NCBI GenBank assembly: GCA_951406725.2
Contig: OX597817.1
Location: 19,592,001 to 19,656,000, forward strand
DNA from: Octopus vulgaris
Taxonomy: Eukaryota
Length of the DNA: 64,000 bases
Direction of reading: 5' to 3'
The notes under the pieces were generated by a model, which saw only the letters and a list, made by a program, of their open reading frames with translations, searched no databases and had not been told where the DNA came from. Positions within the stretch are counted from its first letter, which is position 1, and each line of letters opens with the position of its first letter. The translations under genes and the position numbers were made by a program. Shown in pieces: positions 52,613 to 64,000 of the stretch.

Positions 52613-54907
52613 TATACAGAGAGAGGAGGGCGAGTCAGAGTGGAGAATAGATAGATAGATTGATAGATAGAAGAAAGAGGGAAAGAGAGGCACTAAATGA
52701 GAGAGTGGGTGTTTGAAAATTTATTCGCGGCTCTAAGGCCGAACACTTCAGAATTTAATTAATGCGTTGATTCTGGATCACGTGGTGATAATTTTCACGA
52801 ACGTTTGCAAATTTTCCTCCAAATATACTTACAATAACATTCCATAAAAAGAATTTATTCTCATAATTTGAAGTATACTAACGTGTGTATGTCAGAATCT
52901 CTCCTTGGTGAGGCTTAACGAATTATTGCCCAAGATAATTAAAGCTACTGATCCCGATAAATTGGTATTTGTTATTTAGGTATACCAATCAGTATTTCCA
53001 TAATATTTTTTTACAAATTGCTTCCGTCAATACACAAAGTCGATACATAATCCAAAGCAGCGAAATCAATTTGTGGAAGTGTAACAATAATGATAGCTGT
53101 ATCTGGCAAAATACAACAAATTGGTGCCCCTACTATTTGATCAGTTAAACGTGAAAGATAAATCGATTCAGTGGGCGTGAATTGAAGTATATTGTCGTGA
53201 TATCCACAGATTCTGCCGTCTAACAACGTCAAGGTCTTTCATCAGCAACAGTCCGTAATTGAAAGGAAGACAGACGATAATATAAAACATACAAATAGCT
53301 ATGTATCACCATCGTCTTTCCAATCAACCTCATTATAACCACTGTATATATAATGATGCTCGACCCCCGTACTTATCATCATCCTCATCGACGTCGTTGT
53401 TGTTGTCTTCGTCGCCATCATAGATATTATCGCAAAATATTAGTCAACAATGAGGAGTTGCAGATAGGTATTCCCTGAAATGACTTTCAAAAAAATCACC
53501 ATTGGATTGATGAGACTTGAGATGAAAAGTGGGTTAATCCATAATTTGTCGAGTAAAAATTTAGAGAACTTTTTAATGTTTTGGAATTATCTTTTTCAAT
53601 GTCAGGAAAAATGGAGAATAAAAAAGTAAAACATATTGAAATTTATTCTGTGATTTTACTGACAGAAACATAAATCAAGCTGGAAATAAAGCATTTTACT
53701 AATAATTTGCCAAATAACCACAAAATACATGAAATACATGTCTGTGTGTACTGCGTTAGTGTATGGCTAGGTGTGCGCGCGAGATTATTCATAAACATAT
53801 ACATACTATAGAAATAAGCGGAAACAGGGAAAAATATGATATTAGCAATTTCAACCAGAGACGACTGTGACCTGAATGATGAAAATTGTGACATCAAATG
53901 TGCAAGAGATCATTAGTGAACGTATTAAATCCATCTATATTATTCTTACTTAACAAATGGCAGGCTTTCATGCTCACTGTTATCATGTGAAACACCATGC
54001 TATTGGTGATTTTAAATTTTGGAGACTTCAACACCTAAATACAGGACGGAAACAACTCAACTATATTAATGTTCATGGAAGGAACACACAAATTAAATTT
54101 TGAACCTACGAATCATAAAGTGATACAGAGTTCCGTGGCATGGTGTGGTGAACCGCATCTCAAGTGAAGTCGCTTAAAGAAGAAAATAATCATAGACTTT
54201 TACGCATTTGCGTTGAAACTTACCATATGTTAACACGTATATATTCATCTACACGCACATATTGCGTGTTTGATGCCAAAGAAACGACTCATATCCGAGA
54301 AATATTACAATGGTGTTATCACAATTTCCAAATGTACGTGGGGCTAGTACTACAAATGAAATTGACAACAAGATTGCCTGAATTCTAGATGGGAATTGCC
54401 AGCAGTGACAAATAGATATGCGCGAAGGAAGATCATATTCTGATTATACTGACATTGTATCTTGGTCAGCATAAAATGCAATCATAAATATTCTACCGTA
54501 CGTTTGATAATTTACGACTGTGTATTCTTCCATGTTATCTCGTATTTACCTGATGTCAGCACCACCATTTATTGTCCTCCATTTGTTATTTGCATAATTT
54601 ACTTTATGCTAGTTTCGTTTAGCTAATTCATTTGGTAAATAAAATATATGCCGATACATGATAGAACTATGGCAACAAGTCACATTTATTCTGGGACATG
54701 ACTCCAGGTTTATAGTTTATACAAGCCATTTACATTACGCTTTGATGTTCTCATGTAAAATGTTCTAGCCTATAGCTCAATTGAGCAATTATCATTCTAC
54801 CTACATCATTAGTAATGAATACCAAAAAACATGATGTTCATATGTGAGTTCAAATATGTTTGCATGTGAATATGCATATATGTGTATGTATGTACATATA
54901 TACGTAC

Positions 54908-54957
<50 letters not shown>

Positions 54958-55307
54958 ATATGTATATTCATACCCATACACCCACACGCACACACGCGTG
55001 CGCACAAAAGCATACACACGTACACCCACATACCCACTCATATATATATGAGTCTATGTATTCATGTACATATATACGCATATATTAAACACCTACGGTG
55101 ACACAGATACATGTCACTCCAACAGTAAGAACACTCCTCCAATTATATATCTACATCTTTCTACTTCTGTGTTTGTATGTATATAAGGCTATATAGTGTG
55201 CTGTGTGTGTGTATGTGTGTATGTATGTATGTATGTGTGTGTGAGTTCGTGAGTTTGAATGTTTATATGTGCATATTTGTATACTTATAAAACCATAATA
55301 CATACAT

Positions 55308-55342
<35 letters not shown>

Positions 55343-56518
55343 GCAAGATATAAATATTTTACAAATAATATATGACTCCATATTGTCCTACATTTATAAT
55401 ATTCAATTTCTATGAACATTACAAAAGATTTTGACTTATTGTTGAGTATAGTCACCAAATCGTAACTTCCATATTCATCCATAAAGAAAGTTATATTTTT
55501 CCTTCTTATGCAACAATGGACATGAATATTTCTTGCGGTCATTAATAGTGAGTAATAAAATTGTGGATTGCACCAAATTAGTAATTGTAAATCGATACAA
55601 AGTTCATGGAATTCGTCTTCATTTAAAGTAGGTATATTCATGTTCCTTTATTAGGCATTTATATGCTTTTTCATTTATAGTTGCTAGTGCCTTGCAATCT
55701 TTTCAAAAGTTATTAGCAATTTGGTGGCGGATAACCTATTTATTAGTGTGGTACACAATTACACTGATATATATATATTTTTTTATTATAATGCGTGTTA
55801 TAACATTATGAGTTCAAATTTACGCCAGGTCCAAGTCAACTATTGATATACATAACATAGATTTCTATCTATCTACTTTTTCAACTATATTTTAGCTGTC
55901 TGTTCATGACCACATCCCGCTGTCCCGCCATACAAATGTATACAGTATAAATGTTACCTCGCTATGTGTGAAAAAGCAACGAGCCAAAGATTTCTTTGTC
56001 ATTTCGAATCTATATAAATTTGAGAGACTCCGTTGGAACAGGTTCTTCCTTACGAAAAGGTGAGGCTCATTTAGGCTCAGTTGTGATCATCACATTTATA
56101 TTGATATTCAGTCATTTATACAGCAACCCACACTCACAAACACACAGATTCACCTACACACACCAAACACGCGTGCACACACATGCCTGAAAACAAGCAT
56201 GCGCATACACATACACATAATACACAATTATATGTATGTATGTATGTATGTACGTATGTATGTATGTGTGTGTGTTCCTGCATGTGTATGTGGGAGTGGG
56301 AGTATGTGTATGTGCGTGTGTGTATGAGTGCCTACAAGTATGTAAGCTCCCATGTCGAAAGCAATATGGTAACGAAATTATGGGAATTATGATGTCGGTA
56401 GGTAGCTAAATAATGTCACTCTTTGTGTGTGTGTATACACATGTACAAGTACAGTTATTATGTATGGATATATTTATATATACGTATGTGTATATATTTT
56501 GATATGTTTATACACATA

Positions 56519-56554
<36 letters not shown>

Positions 56555-56556
<2 letters not shown>

Positions 56557-57400
56557 TTATGAGAGCTAATGGTGTCAATAAGACTCAAAGGTGTCAGGTA
56601 ATGCTGAGTAAGTGCTATGAACACACAATAGTTAAGCTCCAGGTTCGGTGATTATGCGAATGAGGACTTCAACGTAGGTCATATATCAGCATGTGCATAT
56701 ATTAAAAAAAATAACAGAATGAGATAAAAATCCAAGGCTGTGAAAGATTTCAGAACATTTATAAATAGAAGGTGTTACAGCTATTTCGGCGATATTTTAT
56801 ATATCCCTTCATCGGAGACGGTGTGAGAAAATGGTTAAGCAATAGTTATTCTAGGTAAGAGATGAACTAGAGAATAAAGTGGAGGAATGAAAATAGACGT
56901 GAGATATGCATGGATATTGTATATTCAGTTCCATTATTTAGGCAGAATGGTATAGATATAATATTCCTGTACCCTGTGATTAAGTTCTAATTGTATTTAA
57001 AATTGGTCATTCCAAGCATAGAGTTTGTAAATGGTGTTATTGAATCGAGTTGTTTTCTTTTTTTTTTGAAGTGACTTAAAAGATGGAAATGTGTTCGTAA
57101 GGTCACATCAAAGACAGAAAGAAAGGAAAAAAGGAAAAAGAAAAAGGAAAGGCAAGGAGAGAGATAATAGAGAAATGAAGAGAGGGGAAAGTGTACTGGT
57201 TAGTGGTCATTCACGATAAATTGATTGAAGGAATGTGGAGGTGAGGGTGATAGAGAAAGATATGAGAGTGTAAAGAGATAAGAGTGTAAAGAGTAAAGGA
57301 GTGTCAGGTAGAAGGAATGGGGATGAGGGTGATAGAGAGAGAAATATATGAGTGTGTAAAAAGATGAGAGTGTAAATAATAAAGGAGTGTCAGGTATGTA
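56555..57400 (-). mobile_element. Probable non-autonomous Penelope-like element; a related copy begins at ~63945
   Basis: Contains a hammerhead motif; its start (..TGAGAG.TAATG..GTCA.T.AGAC.CAAA.GTGTCAGGTAATGCTGA) recurs at the window end, both next to (TA)n. Right boundary approximate. Confidence 0.5.
56772..56820 (-). ncRNA. Degenerate Type I hammerhead motif (CCGAUGA)
   Basis: GUCU CCGAUGA A-GGGAUAU-AUAAA-AUAUCGCC GAA AUA-GC-UGU A^ ACAC; near-palindromic stem III, one mismatch in stem I. Confidence 0.6.
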
Positions 57401-58386
57401 GTGACAGAGCCTAAGTGAAGGGTAAAGAGAGGGGGGGTAGGGTTAGTAAAATTTTAATACGATGGTTCTGCTATCTTAGAATAGGTTTTTTTTATTTCCT
57501 TTCAATGATTCTCAAAGTCATGATTTAGGGTTTTGCACCCATAACCGTTATTCCATTATCCTTCAAAGTTTTTTTCTCCCTTTGCATTACGAGAATTAGT
57601 TACGGTTGCGTAGGTTTACTTCCTTTTTGCTTTTATCCTCTCCGCTCCTTTCTCCCGGTACCCTATTACTTCTCTCTTAATTGTCTAGTAGTAGAGATAA
57701 AGCTTGTGAATGAGTTCCATCACAAATGACCTTGATAATTCAGTAGGTTGAACTGACCACTAATCATTCTCTTACAACTTTCCAGTAGACAATAAACAAC
57801 TCTTTCTTTGACAGATATATCCCAGATATATTCCACATAAACGGTGCCACAGCTATCTCTGTTGTTAGAAGTGGGAGTAATTGGGTCACTGGAGGCCGCC
57901 TATTCATTCCTGCAAGTATAAAACCTACAAACCCCTACATTTTTCTGATCTGATTAAATGAACATTATTGTTGTAAATCTAGTTTGTATACTGAAATAAT
58001 AGCAGAATCAGCGAAAATATTTTGTTTGGTAGATTTAAAATATGTTAAATCACTTAGAATGTCCTTGACTATGAAGTTCTTATAGTCATCCGAGGAAAAC
58101 GATTTCTTTATAATTGATATAATGTACCTATTAGTCAATTAAAGGGTTGTTAGAAACGTCCGTTGTATATTATGGACTGTATATTAAGCAGAATGTACAT
58201 GTTTGAGTAGCTCAAGAGCGGATTATATACTCACCTGTTTCAAACTATCTGCATGCTCTACAGGAATATTATTCTGCCGGTACTCCTGTGCCAAAGTTGA
58301 TATTTACATAATATTGGTGAGTGTGTATTATTCGACTTAATGAGGTGCCTCAACTTTAGTACCTAATTCAACTGTCCGTTTCCATG

Positions 58387-58540
58387 TTTGTTTTTACATT
58401 TTCGTTTCTCGTTGAGTTCTACGTCTATTTGTGGTGTCCTGCACTCACATATATATATTTATATATGCATGTATATATACATGTAGATGTAGGTACATAC
58501 ATATATATGTATGTATGTATGCATATATTTTATATATTAA
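58387..58540. repeat. Dispersed repeat fragment with an inverted relative at ~63670-63810
   Basis: GTCCTG...TATATGCATGTATATATACATGTAGATGT.GGTAC vs its reverse complement at 63.7 kb (shared 'YIYLYMHVYIHVDVGTY' in the ORF track). Confidence 0.7.
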
Positions 58541-61269
58541 TTTATTGCATGACTGAGCGCCCTCGCGTCGTTTCGTTTCTTTTCTGTTCTCCATATATAT
58601 ATATATATATATATACACATACATAGAGAGAGAGAGCGAGAGAGAGAGAGAGAGAGAGAGAAAGAGGGAGAGGGAGAGACAGACAGATAGACAGAGAAAG
58701 ACATATATTCATATAGGGATAAGTAAGTTAAGCGGATCAGTATAGAAATTTTTACTATATTAATATATGAGATACTAGAAATGCATACAGGAAATGTATA
58801 TATGTTTACATAAAAAGAAAACGTCCAACTAACACAATACAAATGAAATAGAGGATCAAAGGGTTTGAAGAAATGTATCACAAATCCAACAGCTGTTTTG
58901 TGGGGCTCGGTGTCCCAAAATAATGTTTGTACGTTGATTACATCATAGGATGAGACGATACTCTGTCTTCAGATAAGAGATCTTACGTTTGAGGTGTGGA
59001 AGTAAAGAAGTTAAAAATGCGCAGTGACTTTATATTCTTATATGATCTTAAAATCTTGAACTCCTATTTCGTAAATTAATTGAAATTTTAAGCTTTTACA
59101 CACTAGTTGATCTGATGAAATTGTTCTTTCGTTTATACAATACGCTATGCAGATTGTCATCTCCGACCATGTTATATTCTTTTAGAAATATCTAAATCAA
59201 CAAGCAAATATTTTGTAAATGAAAGTATATTCTCTGAGTTATCTAGGTATGAAAAAGAAGCAATATAGAAGAAACAAAGCAAATTATTTCGCGAATGTCA
59301 TGATGAAATCATTTCATTCTATAGTGGCCAAACATAGCAATTTGTACATGTCCCCCGTTGGAATATTTCCCCATATATTTGATACAAGTAGATGTATTTT
59401 GACGATAATTGTAAAGGTACAGATAATGGTATTCTCAGGGGGTAATGCTAATGATACAAACAACTTGGGCAGGTGATCATTCTTGAGATGTGGTTGCTGA
59501 ATAGATATGCCGAAAAGTCTGCTTTAAAGGAAACAATAAGAGCTCATACATGAATAAGAGCTCGTAATTCTTTAAGTTGTAATGGAATTTCGTATGTCAC
59601 TGACGTTTGCTTTTATATAATTAATGGGATAAAAATATTATGTCATACTCAAAACATATGAATAAAACTTGCCGATAATATCTACACATATGCTTCAATT
59701 TGCATCTTGAAAAAAGGCACATAAAGTTCACAATTGCTGCATAAAACAAATAATGAAAATTACAGTTTTTCAAGAAGGTGATGAAACATTAAGAAAAGAT
59801 TACAACAGCAGAAGAAAAAAAAGAAACGTTACGAAAACGGAAGGTTAAGTTATGCGCAATTGCATTCTTTTTAATCAGACAACAAATAATAATTTTTGTT
59901 AAAAAATAAGGGCCATTAAAATTTCCTTTTGATGTTTTGTTATAAACAAATATGCATAAAAAACACAGCAAACATCTAAAACTATTTTCAAAAACACCAT
60001 AAAATCAGTGAATTCCAGCTATTTTAGAGATTTTCATTTTCTCTTTGAATTAATTTGCTGGTGCTTGAAAGATGGAACGTCTGCTTCAAAAAGAATGGTG
60101 GTATTTTTTTGGTCTTTTCACTACAATTTGTTCTGTCTATATCTCCTTCGTGGAAACAAAACGCCACGTTTAATGCATTGAAATATATTCCCATTACGAG
60201 ATGCCAAAGAACGAAACAGACAAATAAAGGACAATATGGATTTTATGCATACATAATAGTGTGTGTATGTAGATGTGTGTTTGTGTGTGGTTGCGCGCGC
60301 GTACATTGCTCTTTGAATAGTAAAGTGATTAATGAGGCTTAACAACTTCTCAAATTATAATCTTAATACAGCTAAACTATAACTAAAAGCAAAAGGTTGC
60401 CGAAGAAGCAGAACTGTGTATGTATGTATGTGTGTATGTATGTATGTATGTATGTATGTAGTATACATATATGGATGTATCTATTTATATAACTTTCTAC
60501 GCAGATGCATATTCATGCCCACACTCACACATACAAAACTCACCCACATATACTGGAATTTGACTCACCTGAGCCACTAAGATGTGTTTCATCACGTTGC
60601 TTTGTTATCTATAATTCTGATCTTCGTAAAACTAAAACGTTTTGAATATATATCACACATGAGCTTACCTAGTGTATATAAGAAACTGTTTAAATTCAAG
60701 AAACAATTTAAGTTCTTTTTTTTAATGCTCCCCTCGTATAAGATGAAGGCCACAATGGTTGACTTTGGAATACTTTGCTGAGCGATATTTTGAAGGCACT
60801 GTCAGATTGCCAGTTGCGTCACATTAAGCCTTTCGCAGTCTCGACAAAATACGACTGAGGGTAGTGGAAGTCACTAAACTTCTTGAGATGTGTGCTATTG
60901 TTGGAACTAATTGACATAGGCATGCGCGCAACATTTTCGAGAAGCAGGAGATACATAGATCATCACCAGAGAAGCCCTACTAAAACAAAAAATCGAAGAC
61001 AAATTTTCGTTAGATGTGGAATTCAAAACTTCTCGTGGGCCATAATTTGTGCATGCTTCAATCAACATATGGCATGTATCTTCATGACAGACGTCTACTC
61101 AATCATCTTTGCAGATTACTGAAGAAATATAATGCTACCAAACCATGCGTAGCACTCAGCTACTGGCTTCTGTGTTAGACACTACCTGCATAATCAGGAT
61201 AAGAAATATGGAGGCAATGTTGAGTTGGTCGCTTGAAATTAATTTCATTTACAGTGAGGCCTGCTTGTG

Positions 61270-61511
61270 GAATTCCAAGTTTGTAGTAGAAAACGATCTA
61301 GATGTGGGCATTCACTGAATACTTCTTTCCTAGAATTGAAAAAAGTCCCCGGTTCAAGCAAGTTTCTTTTATGATACCTGTCCTCTCTGCCAAGGAAAGC
61401 TTACATCGTTTGCTCCCCTTTATACAACTCCCCAGTAATGCAATGAGCTGCTATTTAATTATATGCGAGATTCCTACCTCTTTTAAGCATCGTACGTGGT
61501 TAGACAGGAAG

Positions 61512-61513
<2 letters not shown>
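61270..61513 (-). pseudogene. Penelope-like element GIY-YIG endonuclease C-terminal fragment (Naiad/Neptune-type)
   Basis: Own translation: LSNHVRCLKEVGISHIIK*QLIA..GSKRCKLSLAERTGII / FNSRKEVFSECPHLDRFLL, matching the recalled PLE pattern LS.Y.W.LK...I.W.I...KRC.LCL.EK..I..LN.R.E....C.H..KFLL; one stop and one frameshift. Confidence 0.62.
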
Positions 61514-61560
<47 letters not shown>

Positions 61561-64000
61561 AAATAGAGACGAACACTATTCCTATGTGTGATCAGCTTGT
61601 AAAATTATTAAGATATTAAAATATTTTTCTTAACATGCAAGCAATGGTAGCCTTAATACACAAATACAGAAATTCTCTCCACTATCGTTTATTAAGTTCA
61701 TCACAGATACTCCTGCATATTCTCTATGCATTGCAAGTTCAATTGGTACCCAGAAGCTCTGATTCTATAGGGGGAATGATCAGGTTCTTGTAGCTTATGT
61801 TGTTTCGCATTTTCTTGTTTTCTCTCTCAAATCCGTCAAACAGTTATTTATAATATATTGCGGTTGCCAAAATCAAAATTTCCGGAGATGTTATTATTTT
61901 CGATACCCATAATCATATATAATTAGGTATAAAATTACTTGTAATAGAATTATTCACCAATGTTAAATCGTTTTCTGTGTTACTTTAGAATTGTGCAGCA
62001 TTTTAAACAATTCTTGGATTTAGAGCAAACATTACATTTATGTAGATAAATAGCTTTATATAACCGTTTCTAACGATATTACACTTAGTCGGATTTGTAG
62101 AATAAATGATTCATTCAAAGCTCTAATTTAATCAAAATTAACATGTCTTTTCAATTAATCCCTTCGGAGGAACTATTGCACCAAACATTGTTTTCTACTC
62201 GTGGTTTATTTTACGTGTTGACCTGACGTAATAATCTCTGAATATTCCTCAATTATTTTCAATTAGCAATAAATTTTCACTATATTTAGGGAAATAAAAA
62301 ATGAATTCAACAAAATAAATTTTGCTGAGATATATTCAGTAGGCAGTTCTTACGCATTTTTTCAAATATGCTGATACATGCTGTATTTATGAGGCTTCAC
62401 TCGCCAATATCGTAAATATCTAATTCAAAAGGAATGAATGTTATTTTGCCAGTACTAACAATTTCAAAAGATCTTTGCTTGCTGTATATTATGTTAGTGT
62501 ATACCTACATTTTCAGCAACAAAATCCGCAAGTTAACGTTTTTTGTTTTAAATTCTTAAAACATGTTCAGATTCAGATAGCTGTGCAAAAGACCGTGTTA
62601 ATAATGGCCATTGTGCTATCACTGTCTTCTCATCCCTGCATAAATATTTCAGGTATGATGCTTGAGGCCTGCTTCATTAATTATGATAAAATCACTTTAA
62701 TTTGATTATATGTTTATTGTCTAAGTTAATGTCATATTAAAAATGATGGATAATTTTTATTTTAAGTTTCATTGAAATGAAACTAATGTGGTGTATAAAG
62801 AAATATTACATTGTACACGTAGGAAATGGGGATAACAGTGATATAGTTTTCAGCAAAATTGAATGATATTCCAGTATCAGTTCTGAATATATCAGAAATC
62901 CATATATATTACAATCTAACTATGGAAGCTGAGAAACTAAATTCTATTTTCCAAAAGCATGAAATATGAAAGTAAGATATTCTTAGTTCATAGGAGTTTT
63001 AACGTTATATATTCTATGTGGAAGATTCCGTAAAAAGTAATTTAATGCGATAGGATAAGCTTGTAATGGAAATTTTCATTCAGCCCTAATTTTCCTAGTT
63101 CGTCTACACAAATATTTGAAAGACATTCTCTGGAAACATTACAAATATGTATCCATTCTTCCCTCTATATCAATGTTCTCAATCTAAGTGGCCTCTGAAA
63201 ATGTTATGAATATAAGATTGATTGCGGATATTTGTTGAAACCTACGGCCCGATTTTCTTAACCGAAAAGTTAATATTTATTTCCCATTAATTTGCCTAAA
63301 TTTCTTCAACAAACTCTAAATGCGAATTTCGGGAAATATATATATACGTCGCGGATATGTTTTAAAACGTGTGGTATATAAGCAAGGACATAAAGCACAT
63401 AAACTACTAGAATAATTGAGGTATAATCGACAAGAAATTTTTATTTTAAGTCATTTCAGCGAAGTATACATTATTTTATATTCCTTTGATGTATATATTA
63501 TACGGATCAAATATATATATTGTCAGTCATTAAGAGAGTGCTTTTGTGACTTTTGAGTTGTTTTAACTTTTAGTTTTAGCAAAAGCGGTGCATGTCTGTA
63601 CCCTCTGCCAATTTTGTAACCTCTCTTAATTTTACCTATATATATATATATATATATATATAGTGTAATAAATAAAATATATGCATACATACAAACATAT
63701 TTGTACGTACCGACATCTACATGTATATATACATGCATATATAAATATATATATACGTACAGGACATCACAAGAAGACGAGAAAATCAACAGAACGAAAA
63801 CGGAGAAGACATTTTGTTACAACAGAAGGACAGAGACGTGGAAGAAGACGAAACGAAAACGAAAACGGGAAAAACAATTAAGTGCAGCAGAAAAACGAAG
63901 TACAGGACATGCTACACAAGGAAAAATCCCCTATATATATATAGTTGAGGTAATGAGAGATAATGTGTCATTGAGACCCAAATGTGTCAGGTAATGCTGA

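Noticed and set aside
53011-53250. 73-aa ORF and an upstream CTGATGA on the minus strand
   Set aside because: No recognisable protein motif or splice context, and no matching GAAA or stems.
58225-58310. Possible minus-strand exon ending CAG|GTGAGT (similar donor at ~60565)
   Set aside because: No good acceptor, an in-frame stop just upstream and no recognisable peptide; cannot be supported without RNA data.
58880-58980. Minus-strand CTGAAGA...AAAACAGCTGTT hammerhead-like remnant
   Set aside because: GAAA is absent and stems I and II pair poorly; too degenerate to call.

Overview
AT-rich, microsatellite-laden eukaryotic repetitive DNA. The SINE/Helitron/Penelope repertoire looks cephalopod (Octopus-like; inferred, not proven). 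No host protein-coding gene is supportable; nearly all listed ORFs are artefacts of (TA)n tracts or of the satellite. About 2.3-46.5 kb is a ~9.4-10.4 kb macro-tandem array (3 complete units plus partial ends, one 100-N gap). Each unit contains a ~12-bp A4-5T4-5-based satellite that flips polarity, a non-autonomous Helitron-like 5' end and a hairpin+CTAG 3' end bracketing the satellite, an inverted ~0.9-kb SINE-containing duplication, a decayed ORF1-only (CCHC) L1/Tx1-like element and a mariner 3' fragment. A ~1.3-kb direct repeat brackets the whole array. Just right of the array is a 364-bp-period, 1.34-copy, hairpin-rich element carrying a well-formed Type I hammerhead ribozyme motif with a variant CCGAUGA core (retrozyme/Penelope-like). 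Two further degenerate hammerheads with the same variant, a Penelope-like endonuclease fragment and an internally deleted mariner lie in the right-hand 15 kb.
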